63,170 nt of DNA from Phycisphaerae bacterium (GTDB lineage: Bacteria > Planctomycetota > Phycisphaerae > UBA1845), in the NCBI GenBank assembly GCA_030429365.1, contig JAUIEW010000002.1, positions 1-63,170 on the forward strand, in the 5' to 3' direction. A program made the translations under genes and the position numbers. Below the pieces are notes generated by a model. It saw only the letters and a program-made list of their open reading frames with translations, searched no databases and was not told the DNA's origin. How positions within the stretch are numbered: the first letter of the stretch is position 1; each line of letters opens with the position of its first letter. This document shows positions 55,221 to 63,170 of this stretch, in pieces.

Positions 55221-57221
55221 ATGGAGGCAAGCAGGATCATGGAAGATCAGCGGGCGGGCGGTGCGTGTCTGGACTCAGATATCACAGCCCAGACAGACAT
55301 CCAACTCCAACCGCAAACTTCGATTTCCAGCAGTGTCGAAACGTTAACCCGTATCAAGGCAGGCAAGGTGAGTAAAAAGAAGAGTCGCACATCCCGCGCG
55401 TCCGCGGAGACGATGGCCAAGCAGCAGCGCGAGATTTCCATCTCCGAATTCTTCGCACGCAACCGCCATCTACTCGGTTTCGACAACAAACGAAAAGCGC
55501 TGCTGACCAGCGTCAAGGAAGCCGTCGACAACGCCCTCGATGCGTGCGAAGAAGGCGGCGTCTTTCCGGAAATCTACCTGGAAATCAAACAACTGGCTGA
55601 AGACCGCTTCCGCATGATCTGCCGCGACAACGGGCCCGGCATCGTCAAAGCCCAGATTCCCAACATCTTCGGCAAGCTTCTTTACGGCTCCAAGTTCCAT
55701 CGCCTCAAAATGTCGCGTGGCCAACAGGGCATCGGCATCAGTGCGGCTGGCATGTATGGACTGATCACCACCGGAAAACCGGTCAGCATCATCAGCCGCA
55801 CCGGTAAGGGCAAACCGGCGCATCACTACAAACTCGCGATCGATACCAAGAAAAACAAACCCGACATCATCGCCGACAAAACTGTGGATGTACCGTGGGA
55901 TCGGGGGACGGAAATCGAAATCGAGATGGTGGCCAGCTACAACAAAGGCCGCCAAAGCGTGGCTGAGTACATCGAACTGACGGCGATCGCCAACCCGCAT
56001 ACGACGATCGTCTTTAAAGGTCCCGACAAAAAAGTCGTCGAGTATCTGCGCAATGTCGACGAACTTCCGGAACAAACCGAAGAGATCAAGCCGCATCCGC
56101 ATGGCGTTGAACTCGGCATCCTGATGAAGATGGTCAAGGAGACGAGCGCGAAGCAACTGGGGGCATTTCTGAGCGGAGAGTTCTCGCGGGTCAGCCCGAA
56201 GATCGCCAAGGAGGTTTGCGCCAAATCCGGCTTGACCCAGCGCACATGGCTCCAAAGCGTCGGCCCGAGCGACATCGAAAAGATCTACAACGTCCTCCAG
56301 GAAACCAAACTCCGCGCCCCCAGTACCAACTGCCTCGCACCCATCGGCGCGGAAGCGATTCTCAATGGCTTACTCAAAGGGATCAAAGCCGAGTTCTACA
56401 CGGCATCGACGCGCCCGCCAGCCGTTTATCGCGGTAACCCGTTTCAGATCGAAGTTGGGATGGCGTTCGGCGGACAACTCGGTTCGCTCGATAACAATGG
56501 CAACGGTGATGAAAAAAGCAAACAACCCCCCACCGCCCGCGTCATTCGCTTCGCCAACCGCGTACCGCTGCTCTATCAACAAAGCGGATGCTGCACGTTC
56601 AAAAGCGTCGTCGATACCAAGTGGAACAACTACGGCTTGTCGCAGTCGCGATCGTCGTTGCCGCAAGCGCCGTTCGTCGTGCTCATCCACATGGCCAGCG
56701 TCTGGGTTCCGTTCACGTCGGAATCGAAAGAGGCCATCGCCGACTACGATGAGATTCGCAAGGAGATCAAACTCGGCTTATCCGAGTGTGGGCGGCGCCT
56801 TGGCACGTATATTCGTCGCAAGAAGAAGCGCTCGCACTTTGCCCAGCGCCGTGACGTGTTTCACCGCTACATCCATGAGATTGTCGAGTCCTGCCGGGCG
56901 ATGACGGTCTGCAACAAAGACGACCTGCGCAACGCACTCAGCGACTTGGCAGCCCGCGCGACCGAAGCGGCTGACATGGAATTCGACGATCACGGCAAGA
57001 TCATCGCGAAGCGCAAAGGCAGCGATTCGGAGATGGACAACACCATCGTGCTGGGCGAATCCGAACAAGCACCGCCCGGTCAGATGGAATTGTTCGCCGG
57101 CGACGATGAATCCGTCACCGAACGCAAAGTCCGCGCCAAGAAATCAAAGAAAAAAAGCAAAAAGTCCAAAGGCGCCAAGAACGCCAAGCCAACCGGCAAG
57201 AAGAAAAAGAAACGCAAGTAA
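55221..57221 (+). CDS. top6B: DNA topoisomerase VI subunit B (GHKL ATPase) with Lys-rich C-terminal tail
   Basis: ISISEFFARNRHLLGFDN, then the Bergerat motifs EAVDNALDA, DNGPGI and GQQGIGIS. The tail is RKVRAKKSKKKSKKSKGAKNAKPTGKKKKKRK. An alternative start is ATG 55413 (MAKQQREISISEFF). Confidence 0.88.
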   Translation: MEASRIMEDQRAGGACLDSDITAQTDIQLQPQTSISSSVETLTRIKAGKVSKKKSRTSRASAETMAKQQREISISEFFARNRHLLGFDNKRKALLTSVKEAVDNALDACEEGGVFPEIYLEIKQLAEDRFRMICRDNGPGIVKAQIPNIFGKLLYGSKFHRLKMSRGQQGIGISAAGMYGLITTGKPVSIISRTGKGKPAHHYKLAIDTKKNKPDIIADKTVDVPWDRGTEIEIEMVASYNKGRQSVAEYIELTAIANPHTTIVFKGPDKKVVEYLRNVDELPEQTEEIKPHPHGVELGILMKMVKETSAKQLGAFLSGEFSRVSPKIAKEVCAKSGLTQRTWLQSVGPSDIEKIYNVLQETKLRAPSTNCLAPIGAEAILNGLLKGIKAEFYTASTRPPAVYRGNPFQIEVGMAFGGQLGSLDNNGNGDEKSKQPPTARVIRFANRVPLLYQQSGCCTFKSVVDTKWNNYGLSQSRSSLPQAPFVVLIHMASVWVPFTSESKEAIADYDEIRKEIKLGLSECGRRLGTYIRRKKKRSHFAQRRDVFHRYIHEIVESCRAMTVCNKDDLRNALSDLAARATEAADMEFDDHGKIIAKRKGSDSEMDNTIVLGESEQAPPGQMELFAGDDESVTERKVRAKKSKKKSKKSKGAKNAKPTGKKKKKRK

Positions 57222-57275
57222 CCCGACCGCAGAAACCCCCGGGATCAACCCGATTCAAACAGTCGATCGCAATCA

Positions 57276-58463
57276 ATGGCCAAGAAGAAAACAAAGAAAA
57301 GCACCGCAAAGAAGAAGTCGGCAAGCAAGTCCCCCAAGACCGTGACCAAGAAGCGATCCAAACGGGGATCCAACGGCGTCAAGACCACCGCCAAGCTCGA
57401 AGGCCTGGCCGAATCCGTCGTGGAAAATGCGTTTGGGCGGCGCGAACCGGCGATCGATATTCCCATTCGCGCGCTGAGCAACGTCAGCTTCAACCCGAAA
57501 ACGCGCTACATCGAAATGGGCGACCGCTGCCAGCAACGTGCCCTGTTTAACTACGGCCAAGCCAAACGCTTCATGCAGACACTGCTCGTCGCCAGCAAGT
57601 GCAAAGAACTCGTCGATGCCGACAAGACAGCCAGCATTCGACAGATCTATTATCTCGCCAAGCACACGATCAAAGGCACGAAGGAGAAAACCTTCGACAG
57701 CCAGGATGAGTCGGATCCGGTGATCGAAGACTTGGAAGTCGCCCTCGAAGCCCTGCGCGAAGAACTGCACGTTTTCGCCGGCAGCAAGGGCGCGCTCATC
57801 GGTGAACTGACCTTCGTCGATAGCGGTGACACCATCGATGCCACCAAACTCGGCAGCGGTGGTTACGCCATCCCGAGTATCGTCGAACCGAACGTCATCC
57901 AGTTCAAAAAGTGCAAAGCCAAGTACGTTCTCCATGTCGAAAAAGACACGGTTTGGCGTCGTTTCGTGGAAGATCGCTTCTGGGAGAAACACCGCTGCAT
58001 TCTCACGCACGGTGGAGGCCAGCCGTCACGCGGCGTGCGCCGGATGCTCTATCGCCTGCACGATGAACTCAAACTTCCCGTCGTCTGCCTGCTCGATAAC
58101 GACCCGTGGGGATACTACATCTACTCCGTCATCAAGCAGGGGTCGATCAATCTTGCGTTTGAATCCTCCAGGATGGCCGTCCCGAACGCCCGCTTCATCG
58201 GCGTCTCCAGCTTCGACTACGATCGTTTCGACCTGACCGACGACGTCAAAATCGAGCTCGACGGCAACGACATCAAGCGGGCCAAGCAGATCCTGAATTA
58301 CCCGTGGTTTGCTGGTAAGAAAGCGTGGGAAAAAGAAATCAAGCGAATGGTCAAGAACGGTTTCAAGATGGAAGTCGAAGCGCTCTGCAGCAAGAACCTG
58401 ACCTTCGTCACCGAGGAATACACACCGCAACGGCTAAAACAACCCAAGTCTTGGTTGGACTAG
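57276..58463 (+). CDS. top6A: DNA topoisomerase VI subunit A (Spo11 homolog) with Lys-rich N-terminal tail
   Basis: Catalytic Tyr motif SIRQIYYLAKH, Toprim Glu in VLHVEKDTVW, and DxD in LLDNDPWGYYIYSV. The N-terminus is MAKKKTKKSTAKKKSASKSPKTVTKKRSKRG. Confidence 0.9.
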   Translation: MAKKKTKKSTAKKKSASKSPKTVTKKRSKRGSNGVKTTAKLEGLAESVVENAFGRREPAIDIPIRALSNVSFNPKTRYIEMGDRCQQRALFNYGQAKRFMQTLLVASKCKELVDADKTASIRQIYYLAKHTIKGTKEKTFDSQDESDPVIEDLEVALEALREELHVFAGSKGALIGELTFVDSGDTIDATKLGSGGYAIPSIVEPNVIQFKKCKAKYVLHVEKDTVWRRFVEDRFWEKHRCILTHGGGQPSRGVRRMLYRLHDELKLPVVCLLDNDPWGYYIYSVIKQGSINLAFESSRMAVPNARFIGVSSFDYDRFDLTDDVKIELDGNDIKRAKQILNYPWFAGKKAWEKEIKRMVKNGFKMEVEALCSKNLTFVTEEYTPQRLKQPKSWLD

Positions 58464-58464
58464 T

Positions 58465-58500
58465 GTAGGGTGGGCCGTGCCCACCAAGTCGTTGGATAAT
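58465..58500. repeat. family-C repeat (short-hairpin variant)
   Basis: gtagggtgggccgtgcccaccaagtcgttggataat starts 2 nt after the top6A stop. It aligns with 8089-8124 (gtagggtgggccgtgcataccaggtcgttaagtaat). Confidence 0.75.
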
Positions 58501-58513
58501 AAAAGACTCAACG

Positions 58514-59053
58514 ATGACCGCGCCATCCATCGAAACCGCGAACACCCGGCGCATGCGCGCAGAGCGCATCGCCGAACCGCACTTCGCACACCTCGTCGCG
58601 CTCTATCAAGATCCCAAGGTGATGGCCACCCTCGGCGGCGTTCAGTCCGTCGCCAAAATCCGCGAAGGTTTCGACAAGAACGTTGCCCATTGGGATGAAC
58701 ACGGCTTCGGTCTTTGGTGCTTTTTCGACCAGGAAACCGGCCAATTCGCAGGTCGAGGCGGACTTCGCAAACTCACCCAGGACGGCGAACCGGAAATCGA
58801 AATCGCCTACGCCGTTCCCGCTTCGCACTGGGGTCAGGGCCGAGCCACCGAAATCGCGGCGCTATCGGCTGACATCGCGTTCAATCGGTTGCAGATGCAA
58901 AACGTCGTCGCGTTCACCCTGCACGAAAACAAAGCGTCGCGCCGGGTCATGGAAAAACTGCACATGACCTACGAGCGCGACATCATTCATGCCGAACTGC
59001 CGCACGTGCTCTACCGCATCACCCGCGAGCAATATCAGGCGAGCGTGGAGTAA
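58514..59053 (+). CDS. GNAT family N-acetyltransferase (RimJ/RimL-like)
   Basis: 179 aa. HWGQGRATEIAA is the acetyl-CoA binding motif, followed by NKASRRVMEKLHM. Confidence 0.78.
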   Translation: MTAPSIETANTRRMRAERIAEPHFAHLVALYQDPKVMATLGGVQSVAKIREGFDKNVAHWDEHGFGLWCFFDQETGQFAGRGGLRKLTQDGEPEIEIAYAVPASHWGQGRATEIAALSADIAFNRLQMQNVVAFTLHENKASRRVMEKLHMTYERDIIHAELPHVLYRITREQYQASVE

Positions 59054-59068
59054 TCATTCAAAAACGCA

Positions 59069-59692
59069 TCAGTCGCGTTTGTAATGAATCTCCAAGCTCA
59101 AGAACTCCTGACCGTTGTCGTCCGTTTCATAGACTTGCTCGGTCATCGCGTCTTTGTGATGGATGGTCAACTGGCTGCGATAGTGCTTGGTTCTGCCGGT
59201 TTCGAAGTCGGGCGTCGTGCCCAGGAACATGAACATGCGGGCCGTCGGATCATAACTGCCGTCCGAGAAATTGATCATCGTGGTCATGTTGTCCATCCAC
59301 GTCGAAACGTATTTTTTGCGATACGTGTCGTATCCCATGTACCCGATGGCGTGGTACTCGAAACCGTCATCTTCATCGGATTCGATCGTTGAACGCAGAA
59401 ATCTTCCGCCCAGCACCATTTCGTTCTCGCACTCGCTTTCGGAGGTCGTCCATGGGCTGTCGGGCGACATGCGCCACTTCACCTGCTGATCCCAGTCGCC
59501 GACCAACTGCTGCATCGCCCCGTGTTCCGGACCGGGTTGCGAGTACTTCATCATGGCGGCCATCTTCGGATCATTCATGAACCCGTGCCCCTTGGGCTTA
59601 TCATCATCGTCATCAGCGTGTGCCACCAATGCCGCCCCAAACGCGATTCCGCACATCGCCACCAGCGCAAGTCGTAACGTTCCTCGTGTCAT
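59069..59692 (-). CDS. DUF1579-like secreted protein
   Basis: A signal peptide, then the HGAMQQLVGDWDQQVKWRM..pattern typical of DUF1579. Confidence 0.65.
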   Translation of the reverse strand: MTRGTLRLALVAMCGIAFGAALVAHADDDDDKPKGHGFMNDPKMAAMMKYSQPGPEHGAMQQLVGDWDQQVKWRMSPDSPWTTSESECENEMVLGGRFLRSTIESDEDDGFEYHAIGYMGYDTYRKKYVSTWMDNMTTMINFSDGSYDPTARMFMFLGTTPDFETGRTKHYRSQLTIHHKDAMTEQVYETDDNGQEFLSLEIHYKRD

Positions 59693-59810
59693 TTTGTGTC
59701 CCTTTCCTCAAAGAGGTCATCAAGTTTCGAACAGGTGGGTCCGGCCCGGGGGAATCGTATCAAAGGCAATGGCGCCGGCCAACATGATTCAGACGGGCGA
59801 GTCAAAACCA

Positions 59811-62159
59811 CTAAGGAATAGCTGGCGATGGCGTTTGTTGAAGTGCGTCCAACTCAGCGCGGGCGCGCTCATGCTCGGGATTGAGTTCCAACGCCCGCTT
59901 GAAACAGGCGATTGCCTCATCCGTACGCTCAAGATGCAAATGAAGTTTACCCATCGTGTACAGCACGTCGGCATCGTTGGGCCTCAGGCGAACCATGTTG
60001 GCATAAACGTCAGCCGCTTCCTCGATGCGGTCTTGCCAGCGCAGAATCGTAGCCAAATTGTTGTAAGCAGCCGGCATGTCCGGATGACTTTCGATCGCTT
60101 TGCGAAGTTGCACCCCGGCTTCATCGAAACGTTGCGACCCGGCGTAAAGGTTGGCCAGGTTCAACCGCGCTTCGAGATAGTTCGGGTCGGATTTAATCGC
60201 CAACAGGTGTTGCTCGATCGCTTCGTCCGTCCGTTTCAGGCTCACTAGCAATACGGCGAGATTGTGATGGGCAACCGCATAGTCGGGCTGGGCTTTGACG
60301 GCTTGTTGGTAATGCCCGAGCGCCTTATCAAACTCCTGCTTCTTCAAGTACGAGTTGGCCAAGCTGTTGTGCACCTCGGCATTGTTCGGTTCGGCTTGTA
60401 AACACGCGAGAAACTCAACGATCGAAGCGTCCACGTCGCCCGTCTCGGCCAGCATAACCCCGAGCCCGTTTCTCGCGACGACCAAGCCCGGGTCAAGTGC
60501 CAACGCGCGACGAAAGCCTTCAATCGCACCGGCAGAATCGCCCATTCCGTAAAGCGTTTTGGCCAGGTCGGCATGGGCGTTCGCGTTTTTCGGATCGAGT
60601 TCGATCGCGCGATGCAGCGATGCCGTCGCCCCATCGTTGTCGCCAACACGAGCCAGCGCAACACCCAGCGACCGATGAAACTCGCTGACGTCCGGCTTGA
60701 TTTCAATCGCCCGGCGATACTCCGCAATCGCTTGATCGAACACACCCTGTTCAAACAGACAGACGCCCAGATCGTGATGCACTTCGGCGTAGTTCGGCGC
60801 AACTTGCAGCACCTTATCGTACTGCTTTGCGGCATCGACGTAGCGCTTCTGTCGGTGCAGATTCTGCCCAAGACCATAGTGGGCCATCGGATGCCCGGGG
60901 GCTTGCGCGACGAGGTATCGAAAGTGCGACTCCGTGTCGCGCCAATGCCCGAGCGCCATCCGCGTCCCCGCGAACTCCAATCCGAGAATCGCGACAATCA
61001 CGCCCACAAGTGCGGCGCGATTTTTCGAAGGGACCTTATTCCATAGGAAAACGAGTAGCCACGCATCCAACATCGCCAATCCAAACGCGGGCAGATAAAC
61101 GTATTTATCCGATGCGGTCACCCAGCTATAACGCACCACGCCCATCGTCGGAGCCAACGCCAACCCGAACAACAAAACCCCGCCAACAATGAATCGCGAA
61201 CGCTTCCAAAGTCGCCATGCAAGCAGGACCACGCCGACGATCAACAGAAAGCCAATGATGACCAGCGGATGCGTGATCGAAAGCGGATTGGGGATCGAAT
61301 AGATCGGCGTCAGGTCGACGGGCCAACAAAGCTTCGACGCATAAAACCCGCACAGATACAAAACCAAAAACACGCGATTAACCGCAGCCGGCGATTCCTG
61401 CGAAAGAAAGCCAGCAGTTCGCTCGTGCGACATCCACGCGATCACCGAAAACAGCAGCATGATGCCAAACAGTGGCACTTTTTCGACGATCGCTCGTTTG
61501 TTGAGGCGATCGAGCGGCCAACCGTCCATCACAATCAGCAGCAGCGGCAGCATGACAGCCGTCGGTTTGGACATCATTGCCAGCGCGTAAGCGACCACCC
61601 CCGCCACAATCCATCGCCATCCGCCGACCTTCGTATGACGCACGTGGGCCAACATCGCGAGCAGCACAAAGAAAGCGGCCAACAACGTCTTGCGTTCACC
61701 GACCCACACCACCGGCTCAACGGTGATCGGATGCAGTCCATACAACAACCCGGCTGCAAACACCGGAACGCCCCATCCAAAGAGCCAACCCAACAGCAGC
61801 GTCAGCAGCACGCAGTTGGCCACATGCAGCATCAAACTCGTGCGACGAAACGGTCGAAGATTGTCGGGACGCCCACCCATCGCATAGTCGCCCATCAGCG
61901 AGATCATCGAAACGGGCAGGTAGTATCCGCGAACAGTGGAAGGTTCGAGCACCTCGGTGAGAAACGTCCGAGCCGAATCCCAACTCGGGTTCTGCACCAG
62001 CCGATTGTTCGTCAGGAATTCCGAATCATCCAGCGAGAGCGCCTCAGCCGACAGCACCGGCCAATGTGCGACGAGGATCAACGCAATCAGCACAGCGAAT
62101 CCAGCAAGGATCGCACCGCGCGGGGCAGAAGGTTTGACGGATTCACGGCTCATCCGCAC
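59811..62159 (-). CDS. TMTC/PMT-like membrane glycosyltransferase fused to a long TPR array
   Basis: The N-terminal ~400 aa are polytopic and begin with a DSEFLTNN (DE-type) loop. They are followed by more than 8 TPR units (..AIEIKPDVSEFHRSLGVALAR..). Confidence 0.75.
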   Translation of the reverse strand: MRMSRESVKPSAPRGAILAGFAVLIALILVAHWPVLSAEALSLDDSEFLTNNRLVQNPSWDSARTFLTEVLEPSTVRGYYLPVSMISLMGDYAMGGRPDNLRPFRRTSLMLHVANCVLLTLLLGWLFGWGVPVFAAGLLYGLHPITVEPVVWVGERKTLLAAFFVLLAMLAHVRHTKVGGWRWIVAGVVAYALAMMSKPTAVMLPLLLIVMDGWPLDRLNKRAIVEKVPLFGIMLLFSVIAWMSHERTAGFLSQESPAAVNRVFLVLYLCGFYASKLCWPVDLTPIYSIPNPLSITHPLVIIGFLLIVGVVLLAWRLWKRSRFIVGGVLLFGLALAPTMGVVRYSWVTASDKYVYLPAFGLAMLDAWLLVFLWNKVPSKNRAALVGVIVAILGLEFAGTRMALGHWRDTESHFRYLVAQAPGHPMAHYGLGQNLHRQKRYVDAAKQYDKVLQVAPNYAEVHHDLGVCLFEQGVFDQAIAEYRRAIEIKPDVSEFHRSLGVALARVGDNDGATASLHRAIELDPKNANAHADLAKTLYGMGDSAGAIEGFRRALALDPGLVVARNGLGVMLAETGDVDASIVEFLACLQAEPNNAEVHNSLANSYLKKQEFDKALGHYQQAVKAQPDYAVAHHNLAVLLVSLKRTDEAIEQHLLAIKSDPNYLEARLNLANLYAGSQRFDEAGVQLRKAIESHPDMPAAYNNLATILRWQDRIEEAADVYANMVRLRPNDADVLYTMGKLHLHLERTDEAIACFKRALELNPEHERARAELDALQQTPSPAIP

Positions 62160-62388
62160 ATTGTACGTCTACGATCGACCCATAACAGACCATAAATACG
62201 CCACTCGATTTGGTCGATTTACTTGAAATATCCCAGGCGTATCCTTGAATACACACATAGAACGAGGCGATCGGGAGAGCATCATGCAGAATCTGCTTGC
62301 GATAGTGTCATCGTTGGTCGCGGTAGCCGGCGCGACGATGCGATGCACGTTTGGCTGAGGCGGTCCGTTCAGCTTGCTCAGTTCGGGC

Positions 62389-62547
62389 ATGTTGATTGGC
62401 GGCGTGTGGTTTGCGTTGGCGCTTTCCGCGAAGACGCTCGCGGGACCGACCGGTCACATCGGCGCACGCATCGCGCAGGTGATCAGCTTCATCGCGATGG
62501 CGCTGGTGATTCTGCCGTATTTCTTCCCTGCGGCTGTTGGACCTTAG
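62389..62547 (+). CDS. candidate 52-aa two-TM small membrane protein
   Basis: MLIGGVWFALALSAKTLAGPTGHIGARIAQVISFIAMALVILPYFFPAAVGP, with GC3-rich codons. It is below the track cutoff, and an in-frame 24-codon ORF lies upstream across a TGA. Confidence 0.3.
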   Translation: MLIGGVWFALALSAKTLAGPTGHIGARIAQVISFIAMALVILPYFFPAAVGP

Positions 62548-62696
62548 GCGAAATCACGCAACGGTTCTGCGTCGAGAATGTCGCTTCGTGCAGCCGACCC
62601 CTTGTTGCCACGTTCGAGTGTCGTTACGCTCGACATAATCCGCGCACAATCAGCGCGGCGAATCCATTTCCGCTTGTTTGAAAGTGAGTTTGAATA

Positions 62697-63014
62697 ATGA
62701 CTCGAAATCCAGTCAAAGTGTTCAGCACAATTTGCCTTGCCGGCATGCTCCTTCTCGGCGCGTGCAGCAAAGACAAAGCCCCCAAGGAAACACCTGCCGA
62801 TCAGAAAGGCGAACTCAAAGCAAGATTGGCCGCCGCCGATGCCGCCGACGGTGAGACCGACATGGTCGTCAACAAGTGCGCGACGTGCGCCCTTCGCATG
62901 GACGGCAAAGCCGAAAATGAATTGAAGCTGGAAGGTTACACCCTCCACTTCTGTTCAGCCCACTGCAAGGAAACCTGCGCCAAAGACCCGATGAAAGTGA
63001 TTCCAAAGGGCTAG
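62697..63014 (+). CDS. lipoprotein with YHS/TRASH-like metal-binding motif
   Basis: Lipobox LLLGACS, then CATCALRMDGKAE..YTLHFCSAHCKE. Confidence 0.6.
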   Translation: MTRNPVKVFSTICLAGMLLLGACSKDKAPKETPADQKGELKARLAAADAADGETDMVVNKCATCALRMDGKAENELKLEGYTLHFCSAHCKETCAKDPMKVIPKG

Positions 63015-63021
63015 CAACATC

Positions 63022-63046
63022 GTAGGGTGGGCATGGCCCACCCTAC
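63022..63046. repeat. family-C palindrome between convergent genes
   Basis: gtagggtgggc-atg-gcccaccctac. Confidence 0.8.
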
Positions 63047-63054
63047 ATTGCAAT

Positions 63055-63170
63055 TTACTTCTCGTCGCCTGTCTTGGATTCGGCGTTTGGTCTAGCCGCA
63101 TCCTTACCGCGCATCTCGTCCAGCACATTGCGCAATGCCGTCGGTCCCCACCACGGGTGCAGTTCTACGC
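63055..63170 (-). CDS. hypothetical protein, partial (only the C-terminal 37 codons are in the window)
   Basis: The reverse frame is open to the window edge and ends ..VELHPWWGPTALRNVLDEMRGKDAARPNAESKTGDEK with a TAA stop at 63057-63055. Confidence 0.35.
   Translation of the reverse strand, partial: VELHPWWGPTALRNVLDEMRGKDAARPNAESKTGDEK

Noticed and set aside
62223-62681. 152-aa plus-strand ORF from the track
   Set aside because: Its composition is Arg/His/Cys-rich and not protein-like. An alternative frame in the same region encodes plausible TM helices, reported at low confidence.

Overview
This window is a high-GC bacterial chromosomal segment. Hand counts on single 60-nt lines give about 60% G+C. 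The gene content suggests Planctomycetota: a DUF1559/H-X9-DG-type domain, many CxxCGY..CPECG zinc-ribbon membrane proteins, dockerin-like secreted proteins and lysine-tailed DNA enzymes. This assignment is inference only.

The window spans the replication-origin neighbourhood on the minus strand: gyrB, a DUF721/DciA-like gene, dnaN, an AT-rich spacer with DnaA-box-like 9-mers, then dnaA. Divergent from dnaA lies a two-gene archaeal-type DNA topoisomerase VI operon (top6B-top6A). I consider this the most notable item.

Recognisable housekeeping genes:
- Replication, translation and nucleotide metabolism: topA, lepA, cmk, nrdR and tRNA-Cys(GCA).
- Central and amino-acid metabolism: pckA, hppD, methylcrotonyl-CoA carboxylase beta and an enoyl-CoA hydratase.
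- Transport: a PiT/DUF47 phosphate module, an OPA-type MFS transporter and an AI-2E transporter.
- Regulation: a sigma-54 enhancer-binding protein, an ECF sigma/anti-sigma pair and a MarR regulator.
- Other enzymes: an L,D-transpeptidase, two GNAT acetyltransferases and an MBL-fold hydrolase.

Accessory or unusual content:
- A SusD/RagB-like lipoprotein with six tandem Cys-rich repeats is wedged inside the leucine-catabolism gene pair.
- A nine-heme c-type cytochrome stands alone.
- Four small translationally coupled genes of unknown function are followed by a SUFU-like membrane protein.
- A roughly 1 kb low-GC island carries one TPR gene.
- A linker-histone-like basic protein is present.
- Tandem paralogous zinc-ribbon membrane proteins are coupled to an unannotated 59-aa ORF.

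Three families of short intergenic palindromic repeats occur. One of them is strictly sense-oriented just downstream of stop codons in all five copies.

I saw no CRISPR array, rRNA, integrase or transposase. All homology calls come from motif recognition by eye and need profile searches to confirm.
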